From: Malacoraja senta
Lineage: Eukaryota
DNA: 60,000 nt
Direction: 5' to 3'
NCBI GenBank assembly: GCA_038087875.1
Contig: CM075993.1
Coordinates: 9,364,001-9,424,000 of the forward strand
Positions 51,496 through 60,000 of the stretch are shown in pieces (the first letter of the stretch is position 1; each line of letters opens with the position of its first letter). Below the pieces are notes generated by a model that did no database searches, was not told the origin of the DNA, and saw nothing but the letters and a program-made list of their open reading frames with translations. Both the position numbers and the translations under genes were made by a program.

Positions 51496-54428
51496 AAAAA
51501 AAAAAAAAAATTTAATTAGAAGTATTTTACATTACAGTAATCTGCAATAACATAAGTTTATACAGTTCTTATACCACTTCTTATTTTAAACTTTAATAGG
51601 AAAAAAGGATAGAAAGAGTTAGTAAAGATAGTCAGTGGGTGGTCCAGGAACACCCGTATGAACCTAAACCACAAGAAATAGTTAAAAAAGAAAAGAAAAA
51701 ACCCAAAAGGCGGAAAAAGAAAAAAGAAAAAAGAAAGTAAGATTGGACATTATGAGAGGGATGTACCTACTTCTTATCTTTACTCACCCCTCGCCAGGTC
51801 CTAAAACCATTTATTATCAACATTTTGTTGCACCCTATGTTTGTACTATCTCGATATATGGAGTCCAAATCTTTTGGAATTGGTCTTGTTTACCTGCTAG
51901 GAGGAATCTCATATCTTCTAGGTGTAACAATTCCGACATATTAGAAGTCCACATTTTTATTGTTGGCGTAGGAGCATTTTTCCAAAATTTCAGTATCAGT
52001 TTTTTTGCCGTTATTAAGCCATAATTAAGAAAACTCCTTTGAAACGAAGTCAGCTCCAAACTTGCTTCTATTGTTCCAAAATAATCAATTCTGCATTCGG
52101 TTTCAGTTTTATTTTAAATAATTTAGTGAAAATTTCAAAAATTGCATACCAAAAGTTTTGAATTTTTATACAAAAAACAAAAGAATGTGCTATAGTTGAT
52201 TCTTGGATTAGGCATTTATCACAGATAGCAGAGGTATTTGGGTAAAATTTACTTAATTTAGCTTTTGAATAGTATAACCTATGTAAAATTTTAGATTGAA
52301 TCAGAATATGTCTTACGTTAATCGAGCATTTATGCACATATAATAGGTGTTTATCCCAACTCTCTTTCGAGATTTTTATAGCTAGTTCCTGTTCCCATTC
52401 TCTTCTAATCCCATCCGATGATGGAATTTCTATGTTTAAAATGGAATTGTATAGGTATGATATTAAATTAGCTGATTCCGCTTTTATATTCATTATCCCA
52501 TCTAATAGGTCAGGAGACATATTTTGATATTCTCGTGTATACTTTTTCAAATAGTCACGTATTTGAAAATATTTGAAATATTGATTACTATTCAGGTTGT
52601 ATTTAAGTTGTAATTGGTGAAATGTTAAAAAACTTCCATTATCATACATATCTCCAAACGTTTTAATTCCTACTCTTTCCCAATTTATAAAAGCTCTATC
52701 TATCATAGAAGGTTTAAACGAAGGGTTATTCATTATAGGTGAGAGAAGTGATAGATTTCTTAATTTTAACGTTAATTTTATTTGTTTCCAAATTCTAATT
52801 GTACTATGAATAATTGGATTTTTACTATATATTGTATTCTTCATTTTTGTTGGTGAGAGAAGGATCGCTCCTATATTAAAAGGGGAACAGTCCTTTCTCT
52901 CCATTACTATCCACTCCACCTGCTGGGCCGAATTGTCCAACAGGTGAATCATATTTTTGACATTTGTGGCCCAATATAAAAAATTGGGGAGTGATAATCC
53001 ACCAAATTCTTTAGGTTTACACAAATGTTTTCTTTGGATTCTGTGGAATTTATAGTCCCATATAAAGTTTGTAATGTCAGCATCCAATTAAAAAAAAAAT
53101 TTTTTTGGTAAGTATATTGACTGGAATAGATATAAAATTTGTGGTAAAAAGCTCATTTTTATAGCATTTATTCGGCCTATAAGAGACATCAGGAGGGTTT
53201 TCCAGAATTTAATCAGTGTGTTTAGTTTATTGAGTAAGGGCATATAGTTTGCATTAAATAGAGATTTATATTTTCTAGTAATTTCAATTCCCAAATATTT
53301 AAATTTTTCTGAAGCGATTTTAAAAGGGAATTTTAACAGGTGTGTCGGTTCTTGAGGTTTAATCGTCATAATTTCACTTTTATTCCAATTTATTCTATAT
53401 CCTGAAAAGGATCCAAATTCCTCTATTAAATTTAATATATTTGGTATACTAATTTGTCATTTTGTGATATATAGTAGTACGTATTGGTCTTTATAACCTA
53501 TTTTTTTAAATTCTGATTATATGTTTCCTATAAATCTCTGTAAGGTGTCCTTGAGACCTCGGTACAAGGCGCCCGTAAATAAAATCCATTATTATTATTA
53601 TTATTACATCATCTGCATATAAAGATATCTTATTATTTGAGTATTTTGTATTGTACCCATGAATGTTCGGATGTATCCTAATACTTTCTGCTAACGGTTC
53701 TATTACAAGAGCAAATAGCAGAGGTGATAATGAACAACCCTGTCTATTTCCCCTTGATAACTGAAATTTCGAGGACAAAATATTATTAGTTAATATTCTG
53801 GCAGTAGGCCTATCATATAATAATTTTACCCAAGCGATAAAATTCTCTCCCAGTTGAAATCTTTGCAGTACTTTAACCATATAATCCCATTCCACTTGAT
53901 CAAATGCTTTTTCTGCGTCCAGTGAAATAATTGATAAGTCTTGTTCTTCGGTTTTATGTGAGTGTATTATATTAAACAAACGTCTCAGGTTATTGCTTGA
54001 GTATCTCTTGGGTATAAACCCTGTTTGATCCAGATTTATTAATTTACTAACATAGTTACTTAATCTTCTAGCTAATGTTTTCGCTAATATTTTTTGATCT
54101 GTATTTAACAGAATTTAACTGTATTCTGTTTCTGGAAGTGTATGTTCTTTAAAAGCATATGTATACATTTTGTGTAGTCGTGGTGTAATTATCTCGTAAA
54201 ATCTTTTATAAAATTCATTACTAAAACCATCTGGTCCTGGTGTTTTTCCATTCTTTAATGTATTTATTGTTTCTTCTATTTCCTTAGTTGAGACTTGTGC
54301 ACCTAATTCCTCTTGTTCACTCAAATTGAGTTTTGGGAGATTACAATTATCCAGAAACTCTCTAACTTTGGTACTATCTGCTACCGCTTTAGATGTATAT
54401 AAGTTTTGATAAAATTGAGCGAATCTTT
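51496..54428 (-). mobile_element. 5'-truncated L1-clade LINE (ORF2 pseudogene)
   Basis: KTPGPDGF, SLDAEKAFDQVEW, RQGCSLSPLLF, LYADD, FKYLGI, C-terminal CDKC..H..C; 8-bp TSD TACCAATT; small opposite-strand LINE tail with (ATT)n inserted at ~53481-53605. Confidence 0.92.
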
Positions 54429-54532
54429 TACCAATTTTGATTACTTCTAGTTGCTGATGTTGGCTATTATCCTGATCTCAAATAGTGAGGTGAGTCGGAG
54501 TGCCAGTGCATGCTCCGAGGGGTAATTGGCAA

Positions 54533-55731
54533 TTTTACTTCGGAGTCACGAAGAGCCCGTCCAGCCGCACAGGCGTCAATCTTCAAAGCAGCGGAGTGAA
54601 ATCACAGGCGACAATTACTGAAGTATGATAGTAAGATACATAAAGACTAGAACTACCAGCTCGATCTTTTATGAGGGTGGGAGCGGAGGGCACGTAATCC
54701 CTCAATGTAACTCCTCATAAAATAAAGATCAAACTTCAAACTGGTAAGTTCTCGTTTAATCTTACTATTTTACTTCGGAGTCACGTGAGTGACTACGTGA
54801 AGATTTCAAAGCTCTGTGATTTCAGGCCGTAGATTCAATCCAGGCGCTCACTGCATTGATTGACTCTAAATAAGTAAAACAATCAACAATGCACAACCAT
54901 AACATGGATGCAACCAGTTAATGGTTAATTTATTACCATAATAGTAACCCCTTTATCACAAGAGGAATATTTAATACTAAATCCAAAAATATAACACCAC
55001 CAAATAACCATAGGTATTATAATCTCCTTATGGTAATAGATGAATTCTTTCACTTATGCCTTCAGCCACGAGGATATGTTTTATTAGAACATCCAATTCT
55101 TTGGCCGTCAAACTTGATGGTGCCCTGGTGAAATAAGATAAAAAAATTTCAGTATCCATACGTGCATCAAGCAACACATGCTTTAGCCATTTTTAAAATA
55201 GTCTAAACCGACACTTTCCTATGCAGCTATTTATGGCTAATAAAATACTCATACTGAACCTCTTTAAGGTTCTGATAGCTTCAATCTAACATTGTAAATG
55301 TGATACCACACATAGACATGGATCCGTAGGATATGCTGAAACCCCAACTTACATCCTGTGATTCCACATCTACTCTGTTTAAGCAATTCATAGACATAGA
55401 ACACAATAGTAACTGTTTGTCTCTTTTCATCATGTCTATTCTTACTTTCTGCAATAGTTGCACTCTGTGCATTAACCAGTCCCCTGAACTTGACTTCCTT
55501 AATGATAATTCAAGCCAAGGACAGCACTGTAATAGGAGTCCATAAACAAAAATAATATAACATATCTCATACATTCCAGATTATTGTATACTTGTGTCTA
55601 AGAGGTTTTAGAATTAAAATCCTTTCATCAATTTGAAGACCAAAGGGTGTAACCCTACCACATTTTGTTCTGATTCCTCCATAGATATGCAGTAACGGCA
55701 CTCCTTGCAGTATTCATATCATTATAGCTTA
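54533..55731 (-). mobile_element. Second DIRS fragment (terminus, ICR, YR remnant)
   Basis: ICR 54691-54803 nearly identical to 31767-31879; decayed YR (LCVVSHL.., HPLVF.LMKGF). Confidence 0.8.
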
Positions 55732-55945
55732 ACTAATGAATTTAACATTCAGGCCATTTATACAAATGCAAGAATTGGACAAGCTTTTAATAGAGGGCTA
55801 TAACTTGTTGCCAGCAAGTCACCCACCTTAACTGCAGAGTACCAATTTTGATTACTTCTAGTTGCTGATGTTGGCTATTATCCTGATCTCAAATAGTGAG
55901 GTGAGTCGGAGTGCCAGTGCATGCTCCGAGGGGTAATTGGCAATT
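55732..55945 (+). repeat. 214-bp direct duplication of 51380-51495 + 54437-54534
   Basis: Sequence is identical by eye once the L1 and one TSD copy are removed from the first copy. Confidence 0.9.
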
Positions 55946-57600
55946 AAAGCTGTTAGGAGTTTGAATGATTCTCAGTGTCCCTAACAACCTGACACACTTA
56001 AACTATGTTCAAACAAAACTAAAATCTAACATTAATATTACAAATGTAAATGTAAAATGTGTAGGTAATTAAAAACAGTAAAGAAAACTCAAAATATATA
56101 AATTGCCTTCATTTTCCCTTGTCCCTCTCAACCATTTTCCCCATTCGAATGAATGGACTTTTTGTTCCAGCGCCAGGTCTAGCACATGCTCTGTCAGTGG
56201 ACAACATGTGCAATCCAATAGCCAGGAAATAGGTAGCAGAGCCCGGCCAGCCCCGAATCTGTTGGTCTTCCAGGGGTAAATGCTGTCAGTTCAGCATGGA
56301 ATAGCCAGCTTTACTAGCAATTTCCAACCCAATCTTGAATCAGACTTATGTTGTAGCCAAACAATATTTGAACGTTTATCTAAAAGCAATCATCTGTTGA
56401 AATTGAAAACAAGTTTTCAAAGAACAGACGTGTAAAACAGTTGCTATGTTGAATTTAGTTAAGGCTGACTTCATAATATTAGACAGTTCATGGTTATCTG
56501 AGCAGATAAGTTAATAGAATAACTTTAGATCAATGTGTGATATTCAGAAAAGTACAATGGGGAAAGATCTCTAACCCCCCCACCACACCAAGAGAAATCA
56601 AGAAAAAAGCATAAACAGAACTGCTTCAACCCACTGTTATCAGAGTAATGAAAGGTCCTCCCATAAACTAGGGGGCAGGTCTAATCTTCCAACTAACCTC
56701 GATGCGGACCTTGGACTTTTTCTCTGTAATTTAATGCCACAATGTTGTAACACAATATCTGCACTCTGGTATTTTTCTCTTTGCACTAGCTGTTGTACTT
56801 GTGTACGGCTTGATTATACTCATGTACAGTATGATACAATTGAAGATAGCATGCAAGTAAAGCTTTTCACTGTATCTTGGTATACATGACAATAATAATC
56901 AAATGCCAATAAAAAATTGCAAAAACGTGAAAATCCTGCCAACTGGGAGAGATGGGAAAAATAACAATAATTAGATGATAAAATCTACAAAGAAAAATAA
57001 ATGAAGCTTGCAGAGGAGGTCAAAATTAACAGAAGATTTTATAATTCAGAAAGAAAGGCGATCAATAGCAATGAGGGTCTATTAAAAACTGATAAGAAAG
57101 TATGCATTCTGGATGGAAGCATTAAATACATTGATAGATTAAATGGTTAGGACAAGCTGTGCAAATGAATTACAATATAAGCAAATATCAGATCAACTAC
57201 ATTGGACTAATCTCAGTTCTACATCACTTGGTTTACCAAATGATTCTTTAACAGCAAGGGTTAAATTACAAGGCAAGATTATTTCTGCTGTTAAAGGAGT
57301 CAAAGACTAATCTAAAAATTAATACCAGGTCTTGCAGTAGAGAAATTGGGAAACACTTCTAAATAGAAATGGTGGTGACAGTTTGGAACCCATCTGCAAT
57401 AAAAGTTGAGGCTAAGTCAATCAATGTTTTAATATCTGGGATTGATGGATTATGATGAAGGAAAGGCAGGTGTATGGATTCAGATCATTAGTCAACCCTT
57501 GAAATGCCAAGTAGGGTTCATATTGCTATAACCTCTTTAATGTAAGAATTGCAAATATATTTGAGGTACCAAATTGTTAAATTTGATATGTATAATTGTT

Positions 57601-57770
57601 TAGAACTGCAAATGCTGGTTTTAATCGAAGATAGACACATAATGCTGGAGTAACTCAGCGGGACAGGTAGCATCTCTGGAGAGAGGGAATGGGTGACGTT
57701 TCGGGTCAAGACCCTTCTTCAGACTGATGTCAGGGGAGTGGGCGGGACCGAGATAGCTCAGAGACAGTAT
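57601..57770 (-). mobile_element. Penelope-type terminal repeat with minimal hammerhead-like core (best copy of about 12)
   Basis: Minus strand GT-CTGAAGA-A-GGGTC-TT-GACCC-GAAA-CGTC-AC; other copies at ~995, 3925, 7265, 17470, 28870, 29480, 29988, 30605, 47350, 48600, 49408. Confidence 0.7.
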
Positions 57771-60000
57771 CATTGTTTCATTGGCTTAAAATTACTGACA
57801 AATGCATGAATATTTGTATAATTATAATTTCATTTTATAAATATTAATTCACATCTTCATCCTTCAATAATTATACTGTAGTTATATGAAACAATCTCTC
57901 AAAGAGATTGACATTTATCCAGCATTTATGATATCAATATTTAATTATTTCCTTCTGAAAATGAATTAATAAGATTTGGGAAGCTGCACTGATAAGATAA
58001 TCTACTTTTTAAAATTATTTATAAAAGTTAAGAAAAAAGTTCTACAATGAATTAAGATAACTAAAGGATCTGATCTGCAATTAAAAAAAGAGCCATGTAA
58101 TATCGCACAGCTGGATATTACACATAACAGCTTAGGCGTTAACTTAGTTACATGTTGTTGATTTTTGTTTGACATTGGTAATGTTACTGTAGTCAAGTAA
58201 ATGTCAATTGCCATTGCTTTTCTCATTGTACTATTTGTTCATTATATAAGAATTATTAAGCTTCACAAGATTAATATGAATCTGGCATTTGTGCCTTTCA
58301 CTGAAGAAGTTGCACTGTGACAATTCTTGTGTGCGTCTTTATTTTTTTATTCTGTTTCTACCCATACGTTTGACTTTTTACTTTTTGACTGTGTTATCTA
58401 TCCCCCAGTTGTGGGAGCAGTTAACATAGACACACCTCTTTTGTGACATGTCTGCTTGTGAAATTAAGTGTTCCATAGTTTCCACCTGGGAACATGTAAT
58501 GAGGCATGAAAAAGTTGACGTCAACTTCTGTTAGAATGAAAACCAGACTTTTCACAGATGCACAGCAATTACATTAAACTCTGAGGAATTACAATAAATA
58601 GAGTAAGAATCAAAGTGAAATCCAATAAATGATGTAATGTAGAATAAAGACAGTCTGCTTTACACGCACATAAGTAGAACCAATGTATCAAATATTTGAA
58701 TAAACATGTGATAACCTTAAAAGAAAATGTTTATAATCTGATAAACTGTACCAAGTATATTTACCGAGTTGAAGCGCTTGTTAGCTATCAATATTTCACT
58801 GGCAATGTTGTTAAAACAAAAGCAAGTGCCATTGAAAGTACTAACCAGTTCCCATTTAGATTAGTATGTAACCATTTTGTAGGTGACAAAACATTAAATC
58901 AGTGACTGTGAGGATGAAAGATGGAGAAAGAAATGGGAGAAAGCTTAAATGAAGGCTTTCAAGTATACAGATTACTTTCTTTATTCTGATTTTGAAAGGA
59001 AAATCAAAGGTGAATAAGTGACCTAGAACATTGATAAATATATAAAATTATTTAATAATCTCCATTTAATTCACTAATTTTTAAGTCCCTGTATTCTTCA
59101 TTTTCCAATGCTCTCACTTCACCCTCACAACAGGTGACAATATTGTTCTTACCTGATATTTAAACTTCCTGCAGATCCAGCTTTGCCAGACATTCTATTT
59201 TGGATTGGACACCCATATTCAAAATGAAATTAGCTTCCTTGTACAATAGCAATATGAGTCATCAAATATATGTGATGTCCCACACTCATGACTTGCACAG
59301 AATGAGTTTAAGGCTGAGAGGAATGACTTCAGCTTAATATTTATACTAGGTTTCAATTTGCAAACTCACTAACCAAGATTTTGCAGTCAGTGGCAACACT
59401 GTAGTCATGGCATCATCCGAGGAAGGAAATCTTGCAACAAATCTGCCTGTGGGAAAATCTGAAAACTGCCTTGCTGTAAAGGAATTCCCCATCGTTACAA
59501 CAAACCCCGCACACAACTTTGACATCAGCCAAACCTTGACTATGAACTAGTCGGCTGTGAAATTCTAGTGTTTGATGACTGCTGCTGCAGTGGGAGGGCA
59601 GAGGAATGGCGAATGGAGGAGTTGGGAAGAGAATAGAACAGCTGGGTGAGGGAGGATGGAAAGGAGGTGTATTAAAATGGGAGGAAGATATATGGAGAAG
59701 GGAGCAAAACAATGAGGAAAGGAACGGAGAAGAATGGCGTGAAGGGAGGTGGAGAGTGAGTGTGTGGAAGAGATAGGGATGGGTAAGATTGTAGGAAGAA
59801 AGAGTGTGCATTCTTATTTAAATAAGAATCTGAGTGCTTCATAGGACTTCAGCCCTTTTTCTTATTTAATTGTCCATGTCTTGCACTCAGCAAAGGTTCA
59901 GTTCTGAGAACCCCGAGCTGAATGTCCAGGATAATATTTGTCCTAAAATTATCTGACTGGCACAATGGCCAGGATTTTGCAGTTAACTGCAAAACAAACC

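Noticed and set aside
55281..55574. Possible terminal exon of an upstream gene such as CEP152
   Set aside because: Lies within the DIRS fragment; an alternative frame shows tyrosine-recombinase remnants

Overview
Vertebrate genomic DNA, most likely from a cartilaginous fish (skate/ray-like; inferred from HE1-type V-SINEs, a Deu-type SINE and the repeat set). The only host gene I can support is the 5' end of a fibrillin gene on the minus strand, best matching FBN1. Its first three coding exons lie at 9155-8983, 6352-6270 and 6049-5951, with a CpG-island promoter at about 9.4-9.9 kb. The upstream 50 kb is almost entirely mobile DNA. (i) A 14.5-kb nested insertion stack (13414-27961): a tRNA-Pro-primed ERV sits inside a Rex1/Babar LINE and hosts another LINE, a second ERV, a full Gypsy element, a solo LTR, a DNA transposon with a 7-bp TSD and a CsRn1-like Gypsy. 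(ii) A structurally complete but decayed DIRS element with ITRs and ICR (31543-36262), plus a second DIRS piece flanked by a 214-bp direct duplication. (iii) A head-to-tail array of at least six non-autonomous Helitrons (about 39270-45980). (iv) Tc1, L1, CR1 and Penelope fragments, including about a dozen Penelope-type repeats carrying a minimal hammerhead-ribozyme-like core. All family calls come from motif recognition by eye, with no database search. Most ORFs in the supplied track are spurious or are TE fragments.
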